Source: Chloroflexota bacterium
GTDB lineage: Bacteria > Chloroflexota > Limnocylindria > P2-11E
Length of the DNA: 45,761 nucleotides
Direction of reading: 5' to 3'
Assembly (NCBI GenBank): GCA_034666765.1
Contig: JAXDLF010000085.1
Location: forward strand, 1 to 45,761
Below the pieces are notes generated by a model. It had not been told where the DNA came from. It worked only from the letters and a program-made list of their open reading frames with translations, and did no database searches. Below are positions 35,262-45,419 of this stretch, piece after piece. Every line of letters begins with the position of its first letter. Position 1 is the first letter of the stretch. Position numbers and translations under genes: made by a program.

Positions 35262-36262
35262 GGCTCGGCATCCTTCGGCATCACGAGCTTTCGCGCGTAC
35301 GTGCTGCCGCGCCCGAGCAGCCCCGCGATGCCACGGGGCTCGAACATCACGATCAGCACCAGCAGCACCCCGTAGATCAGCGCCGGGAGGTATGGGTTGT
35401 TGACGATGGAGCTGATCCGGTCCTGCACGGCCGAATAGAGGATCGCGCCGAAGACCGGGCCCCACACCGTCCCGAGGCCGCCGACGACGGGCATGAGCAC
35501 GAGGGCGATGGACTTGTCGAAGCCGAACATGGACGAGGGATCGAGGAACTGCTGGCGCGCCGCGTACAGGCTCCCGGCGGTCGCCGCGAAGAACGCCGAC
35601 ACCGCCAGGGCCAGCACCTGGAGCCGCGCGGTCGGCACCCCGGCGGTCTCCGCGGCGTCGCGATCCATGTTGATCGCGAAGAGCCCGAGCCCGAAGCGGC
35701 CGGCGCGGATCCACATCGTCGTGAGCATCACGAGGACGAACACGACGACGGTGGCGTAGTGGACGATCACCGGGTCGTAGCTGGGCAGCGAGATGCCGGT
35801 CACGCCCTTCGTCAGGGTGACCCCGAAGATGTCGTCGAAATTCACGAAGAACAGCCGCGTGGCCTCCCCGACCCCGATGGTGGCGATGGCGAAGTACGGG
35901 CCGCGCAACCGAAGCGTCGGAATGCCCACGAGGACCGCGTAGCCCGCGGCGACGAGTCCGGCCACCGGCAGCGTGACGAGCGGGTCCCACCTGAGCTGCG
36001 ACCACAGGATCCCGGTGACGTACGCACCCATCCCGAGGAACGCGGCGTGGCCGAAGGAGATCTGGCCGGCGTAGCCGCCGATCATGTTCCAGGACGACGC
36101 GAGGATCGCGTACCAGAGCAGGAAGAACGTGATCCGCTGGAGGTTGAACGACCGCTCGTCGAGGACCGGGATGAGCGCGATCGCGATGGCGACCGCGAGC
36201 ACGAGTCCGACCTGCCCGGTGACGAGGGCGCGCTTCGAGTACCGCGACCACCAGCGCGTCAC
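35258..36262 (-). CDS. livM: Branched-chain amino acid ABC transporter permease LivM type
   Basis: The start was trimmed to GTG at 36262 (GTGA overlap with livH). SSWNMIGGYAGQISFGHAAFLGMGAY...LRGPYFAIATIG is present. Confidence 0.9.
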   Translation of the reverse strand: MTRWWSRYSKRALVTGQVGLVLAVAIAIALIPVLDERSFNLQRITFFLLWYAILASSWNMIGGYAGQISFGHAAFLGMGAYVTGILWSQLRWDPLVTLPVAGLVAAGYAVLVGIPTLRLRGPYFAIATIGVGEATRLFFVNFDDIFGVTLTKGVTGISLPSYDPVIVHYATVVVFVLVMLTTMWIRAGRFGLGLFAINMDRDAAETAGVPTARLQVLALAVSAFFAATAGSLYAARQQFLDPSSMFGFDKSIALVLMPVVGGLGTVWGPVFGAILYSAVQDRISSIVNNPYLPALIYGVLLVLIVMFEPRGIAGLLGRGSTYARKLVMPKDAEP

Positions 36263-37137
36263 GCGACCCGGCGCCTCCGGATGAGCGCGGCCAGGCCGCC
36301 CGGCATGACGACGAGCACGACGACCAGGAGGACGAACGAAACGAGGTTCTCGAGCTGCGGCTTCGACAGCGTCACCGTCAGGTTCTCCGCGGCGGCAAGG
36401 ACGAACGCGGCGGCGGCCACGCCGGGGATCGACTCGAGGCCGCCGAGCACGATGATCGTGAAGCTCTTGAGCTGAAAGATCCCGTACGGATTGACCGGGT
36501 CGAACGGGAACACGGCCGTGAGGAGGGAGCCCGCGACGGCCGCCAGGGCCGTGCCGAGCCCGAAGGCGATCATCGAGACCCGGCGCACGTCGATGCCGGC
36601 CAGCCGGCAGGCGTCCCGGTCCTGCGCGAGGGCCCGGATCGCCCGGCCGGTGAACGTGCGGCGAAGGAAGAACTCGAGAGCGATGAGGATGATCACGCCC
36701 GCGATGAAGACGAGGAGCCGGTTGTACGCGATGACGATGTCGCCGACGCGGATGACTTCCTGGATGTACACCGGCCGCACGGAGCGCACGTCGCCGCCCA
36801 GGAACAGGCTTGCGCCGGCCTGCATGACGAGCAGGATCCCGAACAGGAGCAGCAGCGAGATCACCGGCTTCTCGTTCAGGACACGGCGGACGAAGACCAC
36901 CTCGATGATCGCGCCGACGGCGAAGAACAGCGGCGCGACCAGGATCACCGAGACCAACGGGTCGAGGCCGAATCCCTGCCACAGGAAGAACGTGGTGAAC
37001 GCGCCGAGCATCATGACGCCGGCGTTCGCCAGGTTGATGATCTTCATCACGCCGTAGATGAGGGCGAGCCCGTACGACATGGTCGCGTACAGGCCCGCCA
37101 CCAACAGCGCGCTGATGAGCGCCTCGACGAGGCGCAT
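36259..37137 (-). CDS. livH: Branched-chain amino acid ABC transporter permease LivH type
   Basis: GLYATMSYGLALIYGVMKIINLANAG... A 292-aa polytopic protein. Confidence 0.92.
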   Translation of the reverse strand: MRLVEALISALLVAGLYATMSYGLALIYGVMKIINLANAGVMMLGAFTTFFLWQGFGLDPLVSVILVAPLFFAVGAIIEVVFVRRVLNEKPVISLLLLFGILLVMQAGASLFLGGDVRSVRPVYIQEVIRVGDIVIAYNRLLVFIAGVIILIALEFFLRRTFTGRAIRALAQDRDACRLAGIDVRRVSMIAFGLGTALAAVAGSLLTAVFPFDPVNPYGIFQLKSFTIIVLGGLESIPGVAAAAFVLAAAENLTVTLSKPQLENLVSFVLLVVVLVVMPGGLAALIRRRRVA

Positions 37138-37145
37138 CTAGTCGC

Positions 37146-38399
37146 TTACTTCTTCGGGAGCGGCATCGTCGCCGTGCCGGTCTGGAGATCCTTTGGCCAG
37201 ATGAGGATCCGGTTCCCTCCGGGCGTGTTCTGGGTCATGACGTAGTCGTTGTTCGCCTGGCCCGTCGGTCCGAACTTGATCGTGCCGCTCGGGAACAGCG
37301 AGCCATCCCAGCTCGTGCTGAACAGGATGTCGTGGATCTTTTGCTTGTCGACCGTCAGACCCTTCTGGATCGCCCCGGTGAGGATCCGCGCGCACTCCCA
37401 CGCCGAGGCCGCGTACCACTCGGGCGAGTCACCGGTGACCTTGAAGACATCGAGCCACTTCTTGATCGTGTCGCCGGGCATCAGGCTGTCGAACCACGTG
37501 GCCGCGGTGATGTAGTCGCTCGAGTCCTTCAGCGCGTCGCGGGCGGCCTTTTCCGGGCCTCGCGGACCGTAGGTCAGGTACGGGTGGTACATCCCGAGCT
37601 GCTTGTACTGGGTCTGCATCGTGATGTAGTCGGCGACGCGGGCGTCGATCATGAAGGCGTCGGCGTTCGCGTCCTTCACCTTGTTGAGAAGCGAGGTGTA
37701 GTCCTTGCCGTTGAGATCGAAGGTCTCGTTGAAGACGACCTTGAACCGATCCGGCGCGGCCTTTTCACCGTCCTGGATGCCCTTCAGGAACTCCTTGCCG
37801 TGCGAGCTGTTCTCGTAGGCCACGGCGATCTTCAGCGGCTTCGGGAGCTTGCTGGCGTCCTGCTGGGTCTTGATGAAGTCGAGCTGCGTCGCCGCGAGCT
37901 TCTCGATCGAGGCGAGCACCCCGACGGCCCACACATTGTCGACGTAGATCGACGAGGACGCGCCGCCTCCGCCGACGTACGGGATCTTGTACCGGTTGGC
38001 GACCTTCACCTCCTGGGTCGTGATGGTCGTGTTGTAGCCGCCGAGCAGGAGATCGACGTTGTCCTGGGTGATGAACTTCTCGTAGAGCTGGCCGCTCACG
38101 GCGGCGTCGCCCTTGTTGTCTTCGATCTTCAGGTCGAACTTGACCTTCTTGTTGCCGACCTGGAGCCCACCGGCGTCGTTGAGCTGCTTGAAGTACAGCT
38201 CGTAGCTGTCCTTCATGATCTTGGCGATCGAGGAGTCCGCCCCGGTGAGCGGGAGCGCGGCCGCGAGCTTGACGGTATCCGGGACGTTCACCGTGACCGC
38301 CGCGCTGCCGCTGGCCGCGGCGCCTCCGCCGGTCCCCCCGCCACCACAGGCCGCGATGACGAAGGCCGCGACGAGCGCGACCGCTGAGAGCCTCCGCAT
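37146..38399 (-). CDS. ABC transporter substrate-binding lipoprotein (Leu/Ile/Val-binding, type I PBP family)
   Basis: The signal peptide with lipobox is MRRLSAVALVAAFVIAACGGGG. I chose ATG at 38399 because GGGAGG lies 6 nt upstream, whereas the track start at 38405 abuts the SD. A PBP type I fold sequence follows. Confidence 0.88.
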   Translation of the reverse strand: MRRLSAVALVAAFVIAACGGGGTGGGAAASGSAAVTVNVPDTVKLAAALPLTGADSSIAKIMKDSYELYFKQLNDAGGLQVGNKKVKFDLKIEDNKGDAAVSGQLYEKFITQDNVDLLLGGYNTTITTQEVKVANRYKIPYVGGGGASSSIYVDNVWAVGVLASIEKLAATQLDFIKTQQDASKLPKPLKIAVAYENSSHGKEFLKGIQDGEKAAPDRFKVVFNETFDLNGKDYTSLLNKVKDANADAFMIDARVADYITMQTQYKQLGMYHPYLTYGPRGPEKAARDALKDSSDYITAATWFDSLMPGDTIKKWLDVFKVTGDSPEWYAASAWECARILTGAIQKGLTVDKQKIHDILFSTSWDGSLFPSGTIKFGPTGQANNDYVMTQNTPGGNRILIWPKDLQTGTATMPLPKK

Positions 38400-38455
38400 G
38401 GTCATCCTCCCGCCAGTGCTTGGACGACGGGATTATGCGCCGGTCCCGCCTGGCG

Positions 38456-39496
38456 CTAGGGGCATTCCCCCCAGTGAAAGACGGCGCCCTGCGTGATCCG
38501 CCAGACGGCCGCCCGCCCGCCATCCGAGCCGACAACCCAGACCTCGCTGCCGCGACTGAAGAGGCCGCGCAGGGTGCAGGTCGCGCCCAGGTCGATCCGG
38601 GCGAACGCCGGTGACGCCGGGGCCCCGGTCAACCGCAGGAGCGTGCCCTGATCGCCGGCGATGTACGTGACGTCGCCGACCCGCAGGGCCGCGCGCAGGG
38701 CGACGTGCAGCTGGGCGTCGACGCGCGTCCACGCGCCCGTCCACACCAGGACGGTCCCGTCGTCACCGACGACGACGGCGTCGTCGACCGCGCGGGCGGC
38801 GACCGCGCGGAGGGTCGCCGTCGCGCCGGTCGCGACCGGTCGCCAGCCGCCCGCCTCCAGCCGGTACGAGATCCCGCCTGCGCCGACGACCCACGCCGAC
38901 GTGGGACTGAAGGCCGCGACGGCGTAGAGGTCCTCCTCGATACCCGCCGCGTACCTGCCCCACCCGCCGGCGCTCTGCCGTTCCACGACGCCGGACCGGC
39001 CGACGACGAGGACCCCATCCCCGAGCGGCGCGACGCCGAGGAAGTCCTCGAATCCGACCGCGTCGGAGGCGATGGTCTGGGCCCGATCGTCGATCGTCAC
39101 CACCCGGCCGCCACCGCCGACGGCGGTCAGGACGTCGCCCTGGCAGGTCGCCGCCACGAGCGACCGCGCGATCGGGTCGATGAGCTGCCAGCGATCGAAC
39201 TGGAAGCGGCCGATGCCGCCGCCATCCGAGACGACGTACACGGCATCGCCCGCCGCACAGCCGGCCGAGAGCGCCTGGGTGAACACCAACGGTTCCGTCG
39301 AGGGGGGCTCGGTCGGAGTCGGACTCGACCGAGCGGAGGACGGAGACGGGCTCGCGGTCGGGGCCGGGCGCAGGACCCGCGACGCGCCGACGCCGGCGGT
39401 GATGGCCACGACGAGGAGCACGAGCGAGACGGTGATGGCGTAGATCAGGGAGCGGTCCGGTTCGGGTGGACGCGGCGGGGCGGTCTCCCCGCTCAT
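38456..39496 (-). CDS. Membrane-anchored seven-bladed beta-propeller protein (Ycf48/BNR-like repeats)
   Basis: The start was trimmed to MSGETAPP (ATGA overlap with htpX). It has a TM helix and a Pro/Ser linker. Seven repeats of the type xVxVVGxxGxxxR follow: VYVVSDGGGIGRF, VLTAVGGGGRVVT, VLVVGRSGVVER, AWVVGAGGISYR, AVVVGDDGTVLV, VTYIAGDQGTLLR, VWVVGSDGGRAAV. Confidence 0.65.
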   Translation of the reverse strand: MSGETAPPRPPEPDRSLIYAITVSLVLLVVAITAGVGASRVLRPAPTASPSPSSARSSPTPTEPPSTEPLVFTQALSAGCAAGDAVYVVSDGGGIGRFQFDRWQLIDPIARSLVAATCQGDVLTAVGGGGRVVTIDDRAQTIASDAVGFEDFLGVAPLGDGVLVVGRSGVVERQSAGGWGRYAAGIEEDLYAVAAFSPTSAWVVGAGGISYRLEAGGWRPVATGATATLRAVAARAVDDAVVVGDDGTVLVWTGAWTRVDAQLHVALRAALRVGDVTYIAGDQGTLLRLTGAPASPAFARIDLGATCTLRGLFSRGSEVWVVGSDGGRAAVWRITQGAVFHWGECP

Positions 39497-40434
39497 CCCA
39501 TCGCTTCGAGCCGCTTGATGCGCTCCTCGATCGGTGGATGGGTGTCGAACAGCCGGTCGAACTGGAACGGATGGTCCTTGAGCGGGTTCGCGATGTACAG
39601 CGACGCCGTGGCCTTGTTCGCCACGGCCAGGACGTGTGGATCCGCGGCGATCTTCCGCAGGGCGCTCGCGAGACCCTGCGGATACCGCGTGAGGAACGCG
39701 CCGGACGCGTCGGCGAGGTACTCCCGCTGGCGGGACACCGCGAGCTGGATGAGGGTCGCGATGACCGGCGTGAGGATCGCGAGCACGAGCCCGACGATCA
39801 GCAGGATCCCGCCGCCGCTGCCGCGATCCCGGTCGCGCGATCGCCCACCCCACCACATCGAGCGAAGCAGCCAGTCGGACAGGAGCGCGACCGTGCCGAC
39901 CAGGACGGTCACCAGGAGCATGACCCGGATGTCGCGATTGCCGACGTGCGACAGCTCGTGCGCGATGACGCCCTCGAGCTCCGACCGATCCATCGTCTCG
40001 AGGAGCCCTCGCGTGACCGCGACCGACGCGTGCTTCGGGTCGCGGCCGGTGGCGAACGCGTTCGGCGCGGGGTCCTCGATGACGTACAGCTTCGGCACCG
40101 GAATGCCCAGGCCGATGGCGAGCGACTCGACGACGTCGCGCAGGACCTTCTCCTCGCCCTCCGGCACCTCGCGCGCGCGGCTCTGGGCCAGGACGAGCCT
40201 GTCGCCGGCGAAGTACGAGAACAGCGACGTGCCTGCCGAGAACAGGATCGCCAGCGGGACGGCCGCGATGCCGGCGGTGGCGTTGCCGCCGAGGATGTCT
40301 CCGAACACGAACGCGATGGCGACGACGATCAGGGTGAAGGCGGCGATGAGCAGGACCGTGCGCCAGCGGTTCTGCGCCTGCGCGTCGTACATCGAGACGC
40401 GGGGGACGAAGCGTTGGCCCGGACTCTGGGTCAT
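39493..40434 (-). CDS. htpX: HtpX-family M48 zinc metalloprotease
   Basis: HELSHVGNRD is the HExxH motif. It has TM segments on both sides and ends ...LFDTHPPIEERIKRL, which is HtpX-typical. Confidence 0.9.
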   Translation of the reverse strand: MTQSPGQRFVPRVSMYDAQAQNRWRTVLLIAAFTLIVVAIAFVFGDILGGNATAGIAAVPLAILFSAGTSLFSYFAGDRLVLAQSRAREVPEGEEKVLRDVVESLAIGLGIPVPKLYVIEDPAPNAFATGRDPKHASVAVTRGLLETMDRSELEGVIAHELSHVGNRDIRVMLLVTVLVGTVALLSDWLLRSMWWGGRSRDRDRGSGGGILLIVGLVLAILTPVIATLIQLAVSRQREYLADASGAFLTRYPQGLASALRKIAADPHVLAVANKATASLYIANPLKDHPFQFDRLFDTHPPIEERIKRLEAMG

Positions 40435-40438
40435 CCCG

Positions 40439-41011
40439 CTAGCTGAACTTCACCTGCGGGACCTCGCGCTCCGCCTGGTCCGCGAGCTCGAAGTACTGCT
40501 CGGCCGTGAATCCGAACACGCCGGCGAGGATGTTCGTCGGGAACGTCTGGAGCGCGGTGTTGTAGTCGCGGACGTTGCCGTTGTAGAAGCGGCGGGCGAA
40601 CGCGATCTTGTCCTCCGTCGCGGTCAGGTTTTCGGAGAGATCCTTGAACTCCTGCACCGCCTGCAGCTGCGGGTAGTTCTCGGCCACGGCGAAGAGCGAG
40701 CGCAGCGCGCCGGTCAGGACGTTCTCGGCCTGGGCCATCTGCTGCGGCGACCCGGACGCGCCGGCGGCGACCGCCTGGGCCCGCGCGTTCGTGACGGCCT
40801 CGAAGGTTCCGCGCTCGTGGGCGGCGTAGCCCTTGACCGTCTCCACCAGATTCGGGATGAGGTCGTGGCGCCGCTTCAGCTGGATGTCGATGTCCGACCA
40901 GGCCTCTTTCACCCGCTGCCGCAGGGTGATCAGGCGGTTGTACGTCGTGATGAGGAACAGCGCGAGGATGACGACGATGACGATCAGCACGATCGTGATG
41001 TCCACTGGCAC
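40439..41011 (-). CDS. lemA: LemA family membrane protein
   Basis: An N-terminal TM segment is followed by YNRLITLRQRVKEAWSDIDIQLKRRHDLIPNLVETVKGYAAHE...NYPQL...F..L...E..I...R..YN, the LemA signature. Confidence 0.92.
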   Translation of the reverse strand: MPVDITIVLIVIVVILALFLITTYNRLITLRQRVKEAWSDIDIQLKRRHDLIPNLVETVKGYAAHERGTFEAVTNARAQAVAAGASGSPQQMAQAENVLTGALRSLFAVAENYPQLQAVQEFKDLSENLTATEDKIAFARRFYNGNVRDYNTALQTFPTNILAGVFGFTAEQYFELADQAEREVPQVKFS

Positions 41012-41061
41012 TCCCCTTCCGCGTCATGGTCAATGATGCCATGCGGTTCGGCGCCGGACGG

Positions 41062-42927
41062 CTAGCGGGCGAGCCCCTGCACCGCGTCGGCGATATGGGC
41101 CGCGTCGATACCCGCGGCGGCCAGCAGCTCCGCCGGCTTGCCGGAACCGGGCATCCGCCGCGGGGCGAGATGGACGAAGTGGCCGAGCTGGTCGCTCATC
41201 CCGGCCGCCGCGAGTGCGGCCAGGACGGCGTCCCCGATGCCACCCTCCGGCCAGTGGTCCTCGGCGACGACGAGGCGCCCCTTGGTGGTTCGCACCGCGT
41301 CGGCGATGGCCTTCGAGTCGATGGGCTTGACCGAGTAGAGATCGATGAGGCGCACCTTGACCGCGCCCTGCAGCGAATCGATGGCCTTGACCGCCTCGTG
41401 CACGGTGATGCCCGCGGCGACGACCGCGACCTGGTCGTCGGCGCCGCCGCCGCGGACGATGCGTGAGCCACCGATGCGGAAGTCGTCGAGCCCGTCGAGG
41501 TAGAGGATCGGGGTCTTCTCGCGGGTCGTGCGGATGTAGCTGATGCCCGTGCGGTCGGCCATGAGCGCGACGAGCCGCGCGGTCTGGTTCGCGTCGCAGG
41601 GATAGAGGACGGTGCTCCCGAAGACCGCGCGCATCATCGCGAGGTCCTCGAGGGCCATCTGCGATGGGCCGTCCTCGCCGATCGACACGCCGGCGTGCGA
41701 GCCGGAGAGCCGGATGTTCGCCTGGGAGATCGCGCCCATCCGGATGAAGTCGTACGCCCGGGTCAGGAACGCGGCGAACGTCGAGGCGAACGGCACGAGC
41801 CCGAGGACCTGCATGCCGACCGCCGCGGCGACCATCTGCTGCTCGGCGATCTACATCTCGAAGAAGCGATCCGGGGCCACCTTCTTGAAGTCCTCGGCGT
41901 GCGTCGAGTTGCTGACCTCGGCGTCGAGGACGACGACGTCGGCGCGCGCCGCGCCCAGCGCCGCCAGGGCCTCGCCGTACGCCTTGCGCGTGGCGAGCGG
42001 CTCGGTGTACGTCCTGAGCTCGGGCTTCTTCGGCGCGGGCATCGGTCGCGGCGTCCACGGGTCGGGCTTCAGCGTCGGGAAGGTCCGCGACGGCCCGGCT
42101 CCGAGCTCCGCGAGGGCCTGCTTCGCCTGCTCGGCGTCGAGGGCCTTGCCGTGCCAGCCCTCCTTGTCCTCCAGGAACGAGACGCCCTTGCCCTTCACGG
42201 TCTTGGCCACGATCACCGTCGGCCGCTCCGCGCGCCGCGCGCGACCGAGCGCGTCGTCGATGGCCACGAGATCGTGGCCGTCGATCACGATCGGATCGCA
42301 GCCAAAGGCCTTCACCCGTGCGGCGTACGCGTCGACGTTCCACTCGAGCTCCGTCGGACCGCGCTGGCCGAGCCGGTTGATGTCGAAGATCGCGGTGAAA
42401 TTCGAGAGGCCCTCGTGGCCGGCATGGTCCAGGCCCTCCCAGATGGAGCCCTCGGCCAGCTCGCTGTCGCCGGTCAGCGTCCACACGTGGAACGGGGCGT
42501 TCAGCGGCCGCTTCGCGGCGAGCGCCTCGCCGACCGCGATCGGCAGGCCCTGGCCGAGCGAGCCGGTGGCGACGTCGGTCCAGGGGAGGATCGGCGTGGG
42601 ATGGCCTTCGAGCCGCGAGCCGAGCTTCCGGAACGTCATCAGCTCCGCGTCGTCGATGGCGCCCGCCGCGCGGAGCATCGCGTAGTAGAGCGGTGACGCG
42701 TGGCCCTTGCTGAAGATGAGGTGATCGTTCGCCGGATCCTTGGGCTTCGACCAGTCGTAGCGCAGATGGCCGGCGACCAGGACGGCGATGAGATCGGCCG
42801 CGGACAGCGACGACGTCGGATGGCCCGACCCCGCCGCGGTCGAGCAGCGGATCGAATCGGCGCGCAGCTGCCGCGCGAGCTCGCGATGGAGGTCGACCGT
42901 CGTCGCTGACTGGGTGGCCGTGGCCAT
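41062..42927 (-). pseudogene. tkt: Transketolase (short ~620-aa, mammalian-type single-chain form) interrupted by one in-frame TAG at 41851-41853
   Basis: The track ORFs 41851..42927 and 41062..41835 are in the same frame. Read-through gives ...FKKVAPDRFFEM*IAEQQMVAAAVGM...[54 protein letters not shown]. The human TKT I recall has ...DRFIECYIAEQNMV...[53 protein letters not shown]. The TPP motifs GSGHPTSS and GDSELAEGSIWE are in the N-terminal part. Confidence 0.7.
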
Positions 42928-42976
42928 GGAATTACCCTACGCCTGTCGGGTCCGCCGACGAACGGGGAGTGCACGT

Positions 42977-43876
<900 letters not shown>

Positions 43877-43889
43877 GCCGGGAGCCGGC

Positions 43890-45419
43890 ATGACGGCCGC
43901 GCCCCCGCTCGCCAATCCCCTCCGGGCGGGGCCGCGCATCGCACGGACCCCCCAGCCGTCCGCCCTCGTCATCTTCGGCGCCACCGGCGACCTCACCGCC
44001 CGCAAGATCGTGCCGGCCCTCTACAACCTGGCCCTCCAGCGACTGCTCCCGGCGGCGTTCGCGGTCGTGGGCGCCGCGCGCGCGCCACTCACGACCGAGC
44101 AGTTCCGCGAGAGCCTCCGCGCGGATCTGGCGCGCTTCTCCCGCACGAAGCCCATCAACGAGGACGTCTGGGCCAGCTTCGCCGAACGCGTGCATTACGT
44201 GTCGACGAAGGACGACGCGGGGTACGAGACGTTGCGGGAGACGCTGGCCGACATCGACGTCCGGACCGGGACGAACGGGAACCGGCTCTTCTACCTGGCG
44301 ACGCCGCCGTCGGCGTACGGACCGATCGTCGACATGCTGAAGGAGCATCGCCTGACCGAGAACGTGAACGCGCGCGTCGTCGTGGAGAAGCCGTTCGGCC
44401 ACGACCTCGCGAGCGCGATCGCGCTGTCGGAGAAGCTGCAGGGCGCGTTCAGCGAGGACGAGATCTTCCGGATCGACCACTACCTCGGCAAGGAGACGGT
44501 CCAGAACATCCTCGTCCTCCGGTTCGCGAACGGCATCTTCGAGCCGATCTGGAACCGGCAGTACGTCGACCACGTCCAGATCACCGTGGCCGAGTCGCTC
44601 GGGATCGAGGAGCGCGCCGCGTACTACGACCAGGCCGGCGCGCTTCGGGACATCGTGCAGAACCACCTGCTGCAGCTCGTGGCACTCGTCGGGATGGAGC
44701 CGCCGGTCTCGTTCGACGCGAAGTCCGTGCGCGACGAGAAGCTCAAGGTCCTGCGGGCCATCCGGCCGATCTCGTCGGCCGACACCGAGACGCACGTCGT
44801 CCGGGGGCAGTACGGGCCGGGCTTCATCGAGGGGACGCCGGTGCGTGGGTACCGCGAGGAGGACGGCATCCCGCCGGACTCGACGACCGAGACGTTCGTC
44901 GCGATCCGCGCGTACGTCGACAACTGGCGCTGGGAGGGGACGCCCTTCTACCTCCGCACCGGCAAGCGCCTGCCGAAGCGCACGACCGAGATCGCGATCC
45001 AGTTCCGCGCCGCCCCGCACGCCGTGTTCTCGCGCGAGGCCGCCGAGGGCATGGAGCCGAACGCCCTGGTCCTGCGAATCCAGCCCGACGAGGGGATCTC
45101 CCTGAAATTCGGGGCGAAGGTCCCGGTCCAGGGCATCCGGATCCGCTCGGTGAACATGGACTTCGTGTACGGCGCGTCATTCATGGTCGACGCGCCCGAC
45201 TCCTACGAGACGCTGATCATCGATGCGCTCCGCGGCGATGCGACGCTCTTTACGCGCCAGGACGAGGTCGAGCAGCAGTGGCGCTTCGTCGATCCCATCG
45301 CGCGCTCGTGGGCCGAGGGCCAGGGGGGCGATCTGCCGATCTACCCCGCCGGCACATGGGGACCGACCGAGGCCGACCTCCTCATCGCGCGCGATGGCCG
45401 CGCCTGGCGCAAGCCATGA
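43890..45419 (+). CDS. zwf: Glucose-6-phosphate 1-dehydrogenase
   Basis: IFGATGDLTARKIVPALYNL, EKPFGHDL, RIDHYLGKETVQNI and RDIVQNHLLQL are present. Confidence 0.97.
   Translation: MTAAPPLANPLRAGPRIARTPQPSALVIFGATGDLTARKIVPALYNLALQRLLPAAFAVVGAARAPLTTEQFRESLRADLARFSRTKPINEDVWASFAERVHYVSTKDDAGYETLRETLADIDVRTGTNGNRLFYLATPPSAYGPIVDMLKEHRLTENVNARVVVEKPFGHDLASAIALSEKLQGAFSEDEIFRIDHYLGKETVQNILVLRFANGIFEPIWNRQYVDHVQITVAESLGIEERAAYYDQAGALRDIVQNHLLQLVALVGMEPPVSFDAKSVRDEKLKVLRAIRPISSADTETHVVRGQYGPGFIEGTPVRGYREEDGIPPDSTTETFVAIRAYVDNWRWEGTPFYLRTGKRLPKRTTEIAIQFRAAPHAVFSREAAEGMEPNALVLRIQPDEGISLKFGAKVPVQGIRIRSVNMDFVYGASFMVDAPDSYETLIIDALRGDATLFTRQDEVEQQWRFVDPIARSWAEGQGGDLPIYPAGTWGPTEADLLIARDGRAWRKP

Noticed and set aside
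41851-41853. TAG reassignment (pyrrolysine or a genetic-code change) as the explanation for the in-frame amber codon in tkt.
   Set aside because: Several well-supported genes in the window terminate at TAG at the expected family C-terminus: GT4 copy 1 at 10719, enoyl-CoA hydratase at 31630, livF, lemA, pdxT and the beta-propeller gene. No pyl genes are visible here, so TAG is a normal stop in this genome.
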